Translations under genes and position numbers: made by a program | The notes under the pieces: generated by a model | What the model was told of the DNA's origin: nothing | What the model saw: the letters and a program-made list of their open reading frames with translations, nothing else | Databases searched by the model: none | Assembly: GCF_032191835.1 (NCBI RefSeq) | Contig: NC_083224.1 | Span: forward strand, 132,556,001 to 132,620,000 | Direction of reading: 5' to 3' | Length of the DNA stretch: 64,000 nucleotides | From: Heteronotia binoei | Lineage: Eukaryota | Shown: positions 1-11,864 of the stretch, piece after piece | Layout of the letters: every line of letters begins with the position of its first letter | Position numbering within the stretch: position 1 is the stretch's first letter

Positions 1-1726
1 ATTAAAACAGTATTCCATTCATGATTGTTGAACTGGATACACCAATTCATAACAGTGTTATTCAATAATTATAAAACACACTAAATGGAAACACTGCACA
101 GGTTGAGTTTCAATTATTATCAAATTAGTTATATAATTCCATTATTTTCAGACGTTTACATGACTGAATTGTCATCAAAAACACACCAGGAGCTAAGGGG
201 GGGGGGGGGGGCGCGATGAAGAAACTATACAAGTGCATGGTGACAGAACCTACCAACAACAAAAAAAGAAAAGAACTTTGTGGATGGGTAATTACATGGA
301 GAAAGCTACATTTAACCTCATTGCTAATTTTGTTCATGTGTTATAACACAGTTATATTATTAAGGTTTTCTAAAAATCAGAGTTGTAATGCAATCAAAAC
401 TACACTTAAGAAAAGTCTGTCGTTCAAGGGACTTGGGGGGTGGGGACAGGTGTAAATGTGATGCTGAAGTCACAAAAGGGTGGTGGAAAACAAATTCAGT
501 TTTGGGAATTCCACACGTAAAAACTGTGAGTTAATACCTGAAGGGGAAAAAATTGTGGGGAAAATGGATCCCAACAAAGCGGGGTATCAAGTCAGTAAAG
601 CAGCCAAAATCTGTGCAGAAAGTTTTACAAACATCAATTACGGTATTTAAGAATGCCAATGCAGCATTTTGCATGTGTGCAGAAATAGACAAAGGGTGCA
701 TTTACAAGTAATACTAGATAGTCAGCCAGCCATATTTATTACAGTCATTAGACCATCCATCTACAGAAGAAAAAAATACAAAACAACAGTTAAAAATTAA
801 AAGTTGGAAAGTATGCATTCATATATACAAGCAGAGAGGAGAGAAATGAAATATACCAATTATTCCAATATTTAAACATGGTTAATGTACATCTTCTGTA
901 GCCTTATAATCAATACACAAAACCTGGCAACTTGATCAGTGATTTTAGGGTTTATGTCAGATAGGAGGTAGCCTAACCTGGCTTTACTCCTGAGGCCAGG
1001 GAGCAATACTAGGTATTACAAAATTCTAAAAACATTACTAAATTCTTAAAACACAATTTTGTTAAAACATTTTTGACGTGCTAGCATGAGGACTGTAGAA
1101 TGTACATTGGCCATTATTAATTCCAGAAAATGTTAACATATAGATTTCTCTCCTGTGCGCCATGACTTGTCCCATGTTATAAAATAAAATATATAGTGTG
1201 ATACTATGCAAATTTATAGCCATGTAATGCCATTGAGCTCAAGGGCGTATGCTGTTCAGGACCGCATTGTTGCTGTACTGTTTGTTCTTCAACGTTAAGT
1301 AGAAGGTCTATTTAATTTAGATTGCTGGAGTCTGATTCCACTGACAGTGGAATGGCATAGCTATTATTTGACATTGGAACTTGAAATGACAAATCACCTA
1401 CATGCAACTGTATTTTCATTATAGGTCCATGTTCTGTTACCTATCCTCACTACATAATGGCTAAACTCCACAAAGAACTCCTAAATGTGGAGACAGAAAC
1501 CTATCCATGGATACGTTATTTTGTCAGTAACTCCTCATAAGCATGCATCCTAGATCCCAGTACTCCTTATATTTTGTTCTCATGAGTCAAGAGAGAAACT
1601 TTGTCATCTTCTAACCACAAGAAAAACAGCATGAAGGCAAATCAAAATTCATACAATTTTGTATATCCTTTTCCCTCCATTTGCAGAAAAATATTGTTGT
1701 TAAACATACTAAATAAAAATATTTAC

Positions 1727-1775
1727 CTGTTGTGAATAGGTCCTCTGAACTTTGGGTCAAATTTCCTTGGTTCAC
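1727..1775 (-). CDS. SLC44A5: Internal coding exon (49 bp, phase 1 to phase 2) of choline transporter-like protein, encoding (G)EPRKFDPKFRGPIHN(R)
   Basis: Minus strand reads tttattttaaatgcag|GTGAACCAAGGAAATTTGACCCAAAGTTCAGAGGACCTATTCACAACAG|gtaaat: canonical AG/GT with an open frame. The peptide matches the conserved G-x-P-x-x-(Y/F)-D-P-x-F-x-G-P-x-x-N-R N-terminal motif of CTL2/4/5; GEPRKFDP is the form I recall from non-mammalian SLC44A5. The paralogue assignment rests on this one exon. Confidence 0.8.
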
Positions 1776-1969
1776 CTGCATTTAAAATAAAATATTATAA
1801 AATATGTCACAGTAAAAAATCCAAAATAGTATTCTATATTAAAAACAGACATAGGCAATTATTCTTATGAGAACTATCATTAATATGTTGCTTAATGTAA
1901 ACTGTAGACTACTCTGAACTTAATTTACCAGCTATTATAGATTTAATTATATATACTTTAAGTCATTGT

Positions 1970-2255
1970 ACAGCCCTACGGCGCAGAGTGGTAAAGCTGC
2001 AGTACTGCAGTCCAAACTCTCTGCTCATGACTTGAGTTCGATCCTGGCAGCATCTAGGTTCAGGTAGCCAGCTCAAGGTTGACTCAGTCTTCCATCCTTC
2101 CGAGGTCGGTAAAATAAGTACCCAACTTGCTGGGGGAAAAGTGACTGGGGAAGGCAATGGCAAACCACCCTGTAAAAAGTCTGCTGTAAAAACGTTGCGA
2201 TGCGACGTCACCCCAGAGGCAGAAACGACTGGTGCTTCCACAGAGGACTACCTTT
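1970..2255 (+). mobile_element. Sauria SINE, full length
   Basis: tRNA-like head (GGCGCAGAGTGG A box, GAGTTCGATCC B box), body GGTTGACTCAG...GGAAGGCAATGGCAAACCAC, tail ACCTTTT; 13-bp TSD tttaagtcattgt at 1957-1969 and 2256-2268. Confidence 0.9.
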
Positions 2256-2831
2256 TTTAAGTCATTGTGTCTTGTGAAAGAGTAGAATGGAAAAATTCAC
2301 ACTACAGAAGAAATGAAAACTACTTATTGCAGGTAACAACAGTGCCTAGGTGACACACAGGACTCACTGGAAGCAATTTCCTGACCACTTCATACTTTTG
2401 CAAAATCACAGGTCGCTTTCATTTGACACATCCTTCCGTGCTTTTTGCATCCAGGTGGGCATTCTGTTCTTTGTCCAGGGTTCTGAGTCAAGCCTTAAAA
2501 TACTAAAAGAACAATATACCTTTCCCCCCTTAATTTCTGCAGCACAACACAAGCACAAGTTTATAAGAGATTACAGTTTAGTGGTGAGCACTGCATATGG
2601 TAAATTCCAGGTTCAACCCCTAGCATCATATGTTACAAGCATGTAAGACAGAAATATTGGAAATGATGTGCTTGAAGACTGGGAGAGCTACTGTCTCTTA
2701 GTTTGATAATATTGGTCTAGATGGATCAACAGATGACTCAATAGAAGGTAACAGTATATTCATGGAAATCAATCAATCCTGGCAAAAAGGAAATTTCTGT
2801 GTGATGGCCAACTGCTCTACAGCTAATATAA

Positions 2832-2960
2832 CTGATTAGATCAGGGGTGTCGAACTCATTTGTTATGAGGGCTGTATCTGACGTAAATGTCACATTGTTG
2901 GGCCAGATCATACATGCCGTAAAATATAACACAAGGTACTGGAGATATAAACTTTATAAA
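2832..2960 (+). mobile_element. hAT-like DNA transposon fragment (one end)
   Basis: Begins CAGGGGTGTCGAACTC, a typical hAT TIR; no matching second TIR seen. Confidence 0.4.
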
Positions 2961-3039
2961 GATGATTTCAGATGCCAAATGGCAATAGGCTTGATTGGAT
3001 TAGGTGTGATATGCAGAGGGGTAGTAGGCATGGAGATAC

Positions 3040-3625
3040 CAGCATTGGTAATGAGACAGGAAACCTAGGTCTCAGTTTGGTCCAGGAGGATGCAAAGTAT
3101 AAGTGGACATAAATCTGAAAAAGTCTCAAGAAAGCTCATATCCTGTCATAAAATTTGTTAGTTGTAAGGAGCCAGTTGGCCTACAGGAGAGTAAGCCCCT
3201 CAAGGCTGCAGGGTCAACAGCTTATCAGCTGCAGTTAAAAGACAAGAAGAGGCAACTAAGCTGGGAAGCAGCGGATGAGGAAAGGAGGGATTTAAGCAGG
3301 AAAGCAAGCCAAAGGAGGAGGCTGCCAGATGTTTGAGGCTGGAAGCAGAAGAGGAAGCTCCTAAAGACCTCAAAGTGCAGAGAGATAACCCCAGTTCCTT
3401 GGACCAGGACCTTGACTGCCAACAAACCCCCACCAACCTTCCAATTGGGGGGCATTGGACCTAGCCAGCAGCAGTGCTAAGTACAGAGAGCTCTTCTTTG
3501 TAACAAAGTCTGGGACTATGCTAGGTTGTGGTTTAGCACGTGGTGAATAAACTGCACATAGCATAGAGCATGGTCTCCTCTTGAACCTTCATATTAGCCT
3601 TCAAGGTGCTACTGGACTCTTACTC
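3040..3625 (+). mobile_element. Penelope-like element 3' tail fragment split by a solo LTR
   Basis: GAAAGCTCATATCCTGTCATAAAATTTGTTAGT (to 3162) resumes as AAGGTGCTACTGGACTC (~3603-3619); the uninterrupted motif is at 4223-4278. Confidence 0.55.
3163..3591 (+). mobile_element. Probable solo LTR
   Basis: TGTAAGG...CCTTCA termini (TG..CA, imperfect inverted ends), AATAAA near the 3' end (3546), purine-rich body; TSD not clean. Confidence 0.5.
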
Positions 3626-3640
3626 ATTCTACAGTTATAA

Positions 3641-3904
3641 CAGGGGTGGCTAAACTTGCTTAACATAAGAACCACATAGAATGTTTGAGAGCTAAAAAAC
3701 ATGAATGTCAGATATTTGAGAATCAGGAGGGAGAGGTGAAAAGAAATCAACTTTAAATGCATTCTCCAAGCTGCCGGCTGGCTTGGCAAAGTGATTTAAA
3801 GAGACAAATGCTTTCTCCAAATGGGACAGTGTGGGCTTTGAGAACCACACAATATATGTGAAAGAGACACATCTGGCTCCCAAGCCACAGTTAGGCCACT
3901 CCTG
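3641..3904. mobile_element. hAT MITE
   Basis: TIRs CAGGGGTGGCTAAACT / CAGTTAGGCCACTCCTG; 8-bp TSD agttataa (3633-3640) / agctataa (3905-3912). Confidence 0.8.
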
Positions 3905-3959
3905 AGCTATAAAAAAACACAACTTTCAAAACTGGCGGGGGGGGGGGAGCATTTTACCT

Positions 3960-4285
3960 TCCAAGACATTCAGCTGCTGACCTAAGAGTAGCAGTTCTCA
4001 TACAAAGGAATTTCAGAGGGAGATTAGAAAGAGAGACTGCTGAACTGCAACTGATCATGAAACTTAATGCATCCTCTTGGGCTGAATTGAGGCCTACGTT
4101 TCTTCTCTCATTACCAATGGCTGGTGTCATTATTTGGCATCAGAAATCACTTCAGTGTCCAAGATATACAGACAGATGGGCTCACATTTTAGCTGTACCT
4201 GAAGAAGTGAGCAGTGACTCATGAAAGCTCATGCCCTGCCACAAATTTTGTTAGTAATTAAGGTGCTACTGGACTCTAGCTCCGT
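3960..4285 (+). mobile_element. Penelope-like retroelement 3' fragment (GIY-YIG endonuclease C-terminus plus tail)
   Basis: Translates HSAADLRVAVLIQRNFRGRLERETAELQLIMKL, like the PLE endonuclease C-terminus, followed by the CTGAAGAAGTG...GAAAGCTCATGCCCTGCCACAAATTTTGTTAG...AAGGTGCTACTGGACTC tail. Confidence 0.7.
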
Positions 4286-4915
4286 TCCACTAATAAAGAT
4301 TGCAAACTGTGCCACTAGGTTTCTTTTATTATTATTGTTTATATGTGTTAGAACTGGAAAGAGGGATCTCTCCAAGTGAAATAATGTGTTGCTTTCAGAC
4401 TGGACAAAATCCACTCACTTGTTAGTGATGATAATTTTAAAAGTTTGAAAAGTGGGGGTGGGGGGTAATGTGAAGAAAGGCAGCCAGTGAGGTGGAAGGG
4501 AAGAGGGGGAGAATACATGTTAAACTGGAATATTTTAAATACTTAGCCATCTACTTCCCATGGAATCCAATCCAAGTGTTATAATTCCTAAACATGGTAT
4601 TTTTGAAAGAAAAGAAAATCCCAGCTAATCTTTTTTTTAAAAAAACCTTTTCACAGAATAAGCCGAAATTATTTCCCTTTAATTCCCCTTATCCCAGATG
4701 AACCTCTTTCCTGCCCTGCTTCCTTTTTTAATGTGTGTGAATGGGACTCAATGAAAACAGCAGAGCAATGTTTGTCACCCACCCAAAATGTGTATACACA
4801 GGAAAGCTTATACCTAGAATAAAACTTTGGTGGCCTTGAAGGTGCCATGGGACTGCCTATTCTTGTGTCTTTTCTTCCATTTTCCTCCCTCTCCCTCCAA
4901 ACGAGGGAAGACAGG

Positions 4916-5187
4916 TGTAATATACTGAAATTGAAGACGTTCAGATGGCAACATAAATAATAATAATAAACATGCTTTATTAGCCAGTACATCACAAAGA
5001 CAACATGGTGCGGCCGGGTCCCCAGTTATATACATTTCCCGGAACAACCTTCTTCCTGGTCAGGTCCAATCCTGGCCAGTTAAACCTCCCGCCACTGATA
5101 GTCATGGGCGGATTGCGTTCGTCCCTTCCAGGCAGCGCCCATAGGTGCACTGTGCTGTACTTTCCAGGACGAACACCAGACACAACA
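4916..5187 (-). repeat. Gypsy 3' LTR (272 bp)
   Basis: TG...CA termini, AATAAA on the minus strand, aligns to 9086-9336 with an extra ~20-bp (AAT)n-type segment. Confidence 0.95.
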
Positions 5188-5201
5188 CTCCTCCCCCTCC
5201 C
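5188..5201 (-). other. Polypurine tract
   Basis: GGGAGGGGGAGGAG directly 5' of the 3' LTR on the minus strand. Confidence 0.9.
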
Positions 5202-5221
5202 AGTTCAAGATACATAGTCTT

Positions 5222-7776
5222 TCAAATGAGTGGGCGGCCGCTGCTCTCTGAGCGACCACCAAGGTTCGATCTGGGGAGCTGGGGCTGTTGCCTGGGGTTC
5301 TGTAACCACTGGTTCCTTGCTTTGGGCCATGGTTGGCAGAGTGTTGTCTTGATCCTGTGGAGGTATCTCCCCGCCCTGTAAGGCTCCTCCGCCAGCAACC
5401 TCGACGAGCTTGGCAGGGTTGCTTCTTGCGGCAGCCCCGTGCTCTCCTCATTCCCTACCCCCCTGGAGAAACCGGCAGGATGCGGTGGCAGAGTTGGTCT
5501 ATGTATCTGTGAAGGAGCTGCTTCCCTTCCAACAAGACCTCGTAAGAGCGGGACCTGGTGAGCCGCAGCACCCGAGCTGGTATCCACTCCGGCCCACTCG
5601 CAAAGTTCTTGGCATAGACCAGATCTCCCGGAAAGAACCCCCTCATGGCATCCCTGGTCTCAGGGGAACTGCAGAGGTCCAGGGCCCGGTCGAGGTGTAA
5701 CCTATCTAGCCGGGTGATTAACCGCCTGCCCATGAGTAACTCGGCAGATCTTACGCCCATAGCCGGGTTGGGCTTGATCCTGTTCCCAAACAGGAAGGCG
5801 GACAGTCAGTGGTCCCAATCCCCTTGGACTATGTGGCCCAGGGCCTCCTTGGTTGTGCAAACCTTGCACTCTGCTTGGCCGTTAGTGGCCAGGTGAAAGA
5901 GAACGGACCGTATATGATGGATGAGGTACCTATTCAGGAATTTCTGGAACTCCCAGGAGGTAAACGTGGTGCCATTGTCCATCACTACGGTGTCAGGGAT
6001 TCCGTGGGTGCAAAAAACCCTCCGTAAGGCTCTGACTGCGGCCACAGTGGAAGTGGAAACGATTGGGATTACTTCCAGCCACTTCATGTAAGCATCCACC
6101 AAAATAAAGAATATTTGCTCCTGGTATAGCCCCACAAAGTATAAGTGTAGCCGGGACCATGGCAACCAATTGGATTCCCAGCAGTGAACAGGGGTGTTGG
6201 ACAGATTCCACCAGGATTCTTGGCAGGGCAGGCACCTCTTAACCCACCCCTCAATCTCTTCATCCATTCCCGGACACCATACATAGCTCTGCTTCAGAGC
6301 TTTCATACACACTATCCACGTGTGCAACTCGTGCAAGGCTTCAAGCGCTTGCTTCCGGAGTGGGGGAGGAACCACCACTCTGCTGCCCCAAAGAATACAC
6401 CCTTTGTGTAAGGAGAGTTCTTCCCAGTGGAAAACAAATGGTCTGAATGCAGCGTCCAATTTGCCTGTGGGCCAACCCCTCCCCACCCAGTCCAAAATGC
6501 GTGCAAGGATGCGGTCTCTGCCCTTGTAGGTGTATGAGTTGAGGAACTCATTCCACCGCAGGACCCACTGTGACAGGATCTGCGGTGTCTGGTGGTCTGG
6601 GGCGAGTAGGCCGAGCAATGGCTTATGGTCTGTGGCAATCGTGAAGCACCTACCATACAGGTAGTTGTTGAATTTGTATACGCCCGCCACGATTGCCAGT
6701 GCCTCATCTATTTGGGTGTAGTTGCGCTCAGCCTGGGTCAAAGTGTGAGAGTAATAGGCCACAGGGACCTCTCTCCTGTCCAGGAGTTGGTGGCCCAGGA
6801 CGGCATCCACTCCGTAAGGGGAAGCATTGCATGCTAAAATCACAGGGAAAATGGTAGAGTACCTCATTTGAAACCAAGATGCCCTTGACCGCCTGGAAGG
6901 CCGCGGCCTGCTTTTCCCCCCAGACCCATGGGGAGCCCTTATCTAGGAGTCCGTGTAGGGGTTTGGCCAGGGCTTTGTGGAGCAAGAATGTGTGGTAAAA
7001 GTTCAGGAGCCCCCAAAAACTTTATAGCTCTGCCCTGCAAGTGGGGGCTGGAGCCTGTACTATCGCCCTGGTCATGTCGGCCATTGGATGAATTCCCACG
7101 GCATCCACCACAAACCCCAAAAACTCTACCCTTGGCACCCCAAGCGAGCACTTCTTCCATTTCACCTTGAGACCCACATTCTGGAAGCAGCGGAGCACCT
7201 CTCGAAGGCGGCGGCAGAACTCGACGGCGTCTGGTGCCACTATCAAAACGTCATCGAAAAAGGGTTGTACTTCGAGAATCCCTTTAAGGAGAGAGTCCAT
7301 TAAGCTTTGGAAAATTCCCGGAGCCACACTGACCCCAAATTGTAGCCTCCGCACCTTGAAAGCCCCCTGGTGCGTAACGATGGTCTGAATCTCAGCCATT
7401 TGCTCATCCACTGGAAGTTGTTGGTATGCTTGGGCCAAATCCAACTTCCCAACTTCTTGGAATCAGCCAGGACGAGGTATGGGTGGTCCTGTAGTGCTTT
7501 ATTAATTGTGTATTTGTAGTCTGCACAGATGCGCACATCCCCGTTTGGCTTGACTGGGGTGACTATTGGGGTTTCCCAACTGGCATGGGAGACGGGCTCT
7601 AGCACTCCATGGGCCACGAGGCGGTCCAGTTTGGCTTTGATTTTTGGCTTAAGTGCAAACGGAACGTGCTGAGTCTTCAGCCTTAAAGGGCCTAACTGGG
7701 GTCCAGCTGCAACATGATAGATGGCCTCTTGTACGTTCCCAGAGCCCCATCGAATACTTCCGGGAACTCCCGGCAC
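5222..7776 (-). pseudogene. Gypsy pol (RT, RNase H, integrase), frameshifted and internally deleted
   Basis: ORFs 7300-7776 (WETPIVTPVKPNGDVRICADYK), 7022-7444 (DLAQAYQQ, FFDD), 5806-6867 (CNASPYGV, HELH..C, DNGTTFTS), 5455-5760 (GDLVYAKNF..GP.W). Confidence 0.9.
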
Positions 7777-9062
7777 ACTTGGTCAAAATTGTGGGCCTGT
7801 GTGTGGTCCGCCCCTACAATTTTGATGCCCAGGGACTTAAACCAAGTCAATCCCAATAGCATGGTGAGCCAGCGCTTCACTACAAGAATGTCCAGGGCCC
7901 CTTTAAAATTTTTGAACTCCACCCGAACTCTGGCCCACCCCATCATCTGCACTGGATTCTTTTGAAAGTTCCGCAATATGAACTCCGCGGGCCGCAGGGC
8001 TGGCCGGTTGTGGGGGCAGAGTTTACTGAGGGACTCCTCCGAAATAATGGAGATGGAGGATCCCGTGTCCAATTCCATCAGGCAGGGACTCCCCTTGATC
8101 AAGACCTGCACTTTGACCTTTTCAGACGTGTCCTGGGGCACGTTCATTACCTGGATGCTGTTTGCAGCCATCGCATGTCTGTCGGTTGAGTCGTAGTGTG
8201 CAGATTGGGGCCTCCTGTTGGGTCTGGCCCTGCAAGCTCGGGTGATGTGGTCCACTTTTCCGCAGCTTCTGCAGTCCGCGTTACGGTAGGGGCAGTCTTG
8301 GCACTTGTGTGGGTCCCCACAGCTGGTGCACTTGGTGCTCAGCTTCTCCGCTGCCCATGGTCAGTTTGGTATTTTCAGCCCGCTGCATGGCTGGCGGCAA
8401 AACTGATGTGCCCCTTCCTCATCATAGCCATCCGAGATCAAGGCAGCAGTGGCCTGGTTCACGGAAGGGCTGGCATGCGTCTGTTCGAAGGCGGTTGCCT
8501 GTCGGAGTGCTTTCACGAGATCAATGTCTTTGTCCTTGTATGCTAGCAACTTTTGGCGCATTTTCTCCTCCTGGGCGCCAACCGGGAAACGGTCCAGCAG
8601 GATCTCTTCCAGGTCCCCCATGAAATCGCATCTCAGGGCTAATCCATGGAGCTCTGCAAGATACTTGGCGGTGGACTCAGCTTGTCTCTGCTGTCTCGTG
8701 TAGAATGTGTGCCTGCATATGAGATGGGAAGGCTGTGGCGCCATGTGGTTCATCATCGCCTTGACTAGCGATGACTCCTGGTAATGGGTTACCCTTGCAA
8801 GGGTGGTCAGCGCAATGAGTCGCTTCATCAGCTGGATTGTCTCCACCCCGCACAAACTCAGGAGAAGCGGCTTCTTCTCTGCCTCCATTTTGTGCAGTTC
8901 TATGCAGTAGATCTGGTTCACGCATGATTCCCATAAGTTGGGCCGGGTGACGTCAAATGCCGGTAGGGTTTGTCCGGGAGCAGTAGCCAAGATCTCGGCC
9001 ATGGAAGCACTAGAGCTCAGATCGCAGGGCTTGCGGGCAGCTAGAGGCTGCTCGCTGCTCAT
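7692..9062 (-). pseudogene. Gypsy gag plus aspartic protease, frameshifted
   Basis: ORF 8361-9062 is Gag-like; zinc knuckle C-x2-C-x4-H-x4-C at ~8235-8275; protease MELDTGSSISII in ORF 7692-8255. Confidence 0.85.
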
Positions 9063-9066
9063 CGGT

Positions 9067-9084
9067 ATCCCACCTTCGTCACCA
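9067..9084 (-). other. Primer binding site complementary to the tRNA-Ser(GCU) 3' end
   Basis: Plus strand ATCCCACCTTCGTCACCA matches the recalled vertebrate tRNA-Ser(GCU) 3' end ATCCCACCTTCGTCGCCA at 17/18; lies 1 nt from the 5' LTR. Confidence 0.8.
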
Positions 9085-9085
9085 G

Positions 9086-9336
9086 TGTAATGTACTGAAG
9101 TCAGAGATGTTCAGATGGAAACATGCTTTATTAGCCAGTACATCACAAAGACAACATGGTGGGGCCGGGTCCCATTATATACATTTCCCGGAACAACCTT
9201 CTTCCTGGTCAGGTCCAATCTTGGCCAGTTAAACTTTCCACCACTGATCATCATAGGTGGACTGCTTTCGTCCCTTCCAGGCACCTCCCACAGATGTGCT
9301 GTGCTGTACTTTTTGGGACGAACACCAGACACAACA
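9086..9336 (-). repeat. Gypsy 5' LTR (251 bp)
   Basis: Direct repeat of 4916-5187, followed on the minus strand by the PBS. Confidence 0.95.
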
Positions 9337-9830
9337 ACAGTTTTGGCAATGCAGGAGCAACCTCAGTGGAGGAAGCAAGAAGAGAGGCAGGAAGCTTTTC
9401 TCTGCTGCGCGGATATGCACTCTATTTTTCAGAGAGGCTTTTCCACATAGCAGCAGTAGTGGCCAGGAGAAGGATGCAGGAGATAGTCATTCACTCTGGA
9501 CTGGATACCAACCCTTTAGGGGCTAAATACATCCCAAAGGCTGCACATTTGATACACTTGGACTAGGCCAATATGGACTATACTGTTCACTTCTTGCATT
9601 GGAAAGAGTAACTAAATGATTTTTTGCAAAATTTTGCAAATGCATCAAAGGCCAGCACACCTTCAGAGAATAAAATATACAACCAGTTTGAGAATTGTGT
9701 GAGACTCCTACATTTTCTTTTCATCATTCCAAAGTGTACAGTAGTGCTATGCCAATCCAGCTAAAATTGGTTTAAATTCTAGCAAAAAACAACTGCCTGA
9801 AACTAGAGAAAAGAGAGTTACTTTTTTTGG

Positions 9831-10058
9831 AAGAACATCAGGATTTTTTACCCTGCTTTTCTCTACATTAAGGAGTCTCAAAGCCGTTTACAATCACATT
9901 CTGTTTCTCTCCCTACAACAGACACACCGTGAGGTAGCTGGGGCTGAGAGAGTTCTGAGAGAACTGTGACTGGCCCAAGGCTTTATGTAGAATACTGGGG
10001 AATCAAACCCAGTTCTCCAGATTAGAGTCTGCCACTCTTAAATACCACACCACCCTGG
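9831..10058 (-). mobile_element. Squam3-like tRNA/L2-tail SINE
   Basis: Minus strand: CCAGGGTGGTGTGGTATTTAAGAGTGG...CTGGGTTTGATTCCCC head; TTGTAAAC..CTTTGAGACTCCTT...GAAAAGCAGGG tail. Confidence 0.75.
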
Positions 10059-10945
10059 AGACACCATGAGATGTTTCTTTCATCAATTTTTAAATTATTA
10101 CTTTCTTCAATGTGATTTCTTAAGATAAATAAAAAGTTATTAAGCAATCCTGCCTTGAATTTGTAATATTCTTTCAAAGTACTTACTGAAAACTACAAAT
10201 GTTAGAATGAACTAAAATGCTCTATTCATAGTCTTGCATTTCCACTCCCTATAAAAAACACATTACACCACAAAATTTGCAGATTCATCTACAAGTCAGG
10301 GAAAATGGAAAGTTATTTTGCAAAAACTGTTATTTTTAATAAGACTAACACTCAAAGGAGCTCTAAGAACAATAATTGTGTAAAAAGTTGAGGACAAAAA
10401 TTCTTGCTTTTGGTTCACACAGTCTTTATTTCTGAAGAGCACAAATAAATAAGAATCTGCTTTTCAGATAAATCTGCACATATGAAACCTATTTAGTAAA
10501 TGCTTCAGTGTGTGACCAAATCTTGATCCACTACTTCCTGGTTAGCTACAACATGACAAATTATTGAGAAAATAATCATACCACAATAATGTATTCAACA
10601 TATGATACTGAATTCAATCAGTGAATCACCTTCACACCCACACACACTTTGCTAAAGTTCAAAGAAACTCATTGTGGGTTTAATTTTTGCTTTGAATACT
10701 ATTATTTTGCTTCATTGACTTCTATGTTTTCTGCAAGGTAGCTTCCAATGATACAAGACACCAATGGAAGATGCCTGGCACTGGAGAATTACACTAGCGT
10801 TGAACAAAATGGTAGGATTCACACTGCTGAAATATATTTTTATAATACAAAGTCAGATGTTGTGGACAATTTGGAAGAGATCATATATTTCAGTTCTGTC
10901 AGTTTCCTTGTTCATTTACTAATCACTGTCAATTTTATTATAAAG

Positions 10946-11000
10946 CAGTCCTAAGCAGAGTTACACCCTTCGAAGTTCACTGAACTTTGCTCAGGATTGC
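10946..11000. repeat. Short palindromic MITE relic (CAATCCTAAGCAGAG family)
   Basis: CAGTCCTAAGCAGAGTTACACCC...TTTGCTCAGGATTG inverted ends; related relics near 14075-14150 and 37570-37610. Confidence 0.4.
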
Positions 11001-11424
11001 ACTGTTATGGACCAATACTTAGAACAGAATAACGGCATGAAGTTCATTACTGTCTTGGCTAAATACCAACAATAAGTGACAACAAAAGGAGAGTTAAAAA
11101 ACTAAAAAAGGAACAAATCATATTGAGCTCAAAAATCACTGGGACTGAGCCCATATTTATCCACAGATATCATATTGATTTGACTACCAATTATCCATGT
11201 CTCACATAAAAAGCAATACCTAAGAATGGAATCAAAAGCATATGTTGTAAAAAAATTAAGATATGGCTGTAATTGTGCTTATAAGTTTTCAAAGCATTAT
11301 TTAAATGACAACATTTAAACAAATAGATAACAAATACATGCTTCTAAAGTAGTGGTACTCCATGGCTCCAACAGGTACAATGCCATACACTCCACCCTCC
11401 AATCCAGCCATTAACTCCTGGAGA

Positions 11425-11864
11425 ACCATTGCTGTCAATTTCCAGGTGAGAGCTTGAGATCACTCAGAATTACAGCTGCTCTCCAGATGGCAGAGATTAC
11501 TTTCCCTGGAGAAAATGGCTGCTTTGCATGGTGGACTTTGTGTCATTATACCCTCCTGCTTTGGTTCAAACTGTGATTTCAGATCAGTCACAGACTTTCA
11601 GCCTAACTTACCTCACAGGGTTGTTGTGAGATCAAAAGGGAGAGAGAATTATGTAAGCTGCTTTAGTCCACACTGTGAAGATAGACTTTATTTTTCCTAG
11701 GTAGAGGCTGCAGGGAGGGGGAAGAAGATGGAAAGCTGATCAATTCCCATACAGAAAATGGCTGCCTTGGGTGTGTGTGAAGACAGCAAGGGTGGGGGGG
11801 CACTTGCCCAGAGCCTCTTTCTAGAGCCTATTGTATTTCTCCTCACAACAGGCCTTCTTCCTAG
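11425..11864 (+). mobile_element. 3' fragment of a non-autonomous Helitron (same family as 27447-29146)
   Basis: Ends in hairpin GCCTATTGT..ACAACAGGC then CTAG|T (11861-11865); shares captured blocks with 28000-28580 and 29060-29146. Confidence 0.6.

Larger units (their letters stand above)
4916..9336 (-). mobile_element. Ty3/Gypsy LTR retrotransposon (Mag-like), both LTRs present, coding region decayed
   Basis: Direct LTRs at 4916-5187 and 9086-9336, PBS, PPT, gag with CCHC knuckle, protease LDTGS, RT FFDD, RNase H and integrase in PR-RT-RH-IN order; flanks acagg / acagt (5-bp TSD, 1 mismatch). Confidence 0.95.

Noticed and set aside
125-455. Short ORFs near the window start as the next SLC44A5 exon
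   Set aside because: They lack the expected SCTD..CC motif and have no splice-site support; the next exon probably lies beyond position 1.
1970-2060. tRNA gene
   Set aside because: The A and B boxes belong to a SINE head; there is no cloverleaf, and it continues into SINE body with a TSD.
10185-10215. Possible 6-nt minus-strand microexon (ctaacatttgtag TTTTCA gtaagt)
   Set aside because: Weak donor (-1 is A), short pyrimidine tract, phase incompatible with the phase-1 acceptor of the 49-bp exon, and no peptide support.
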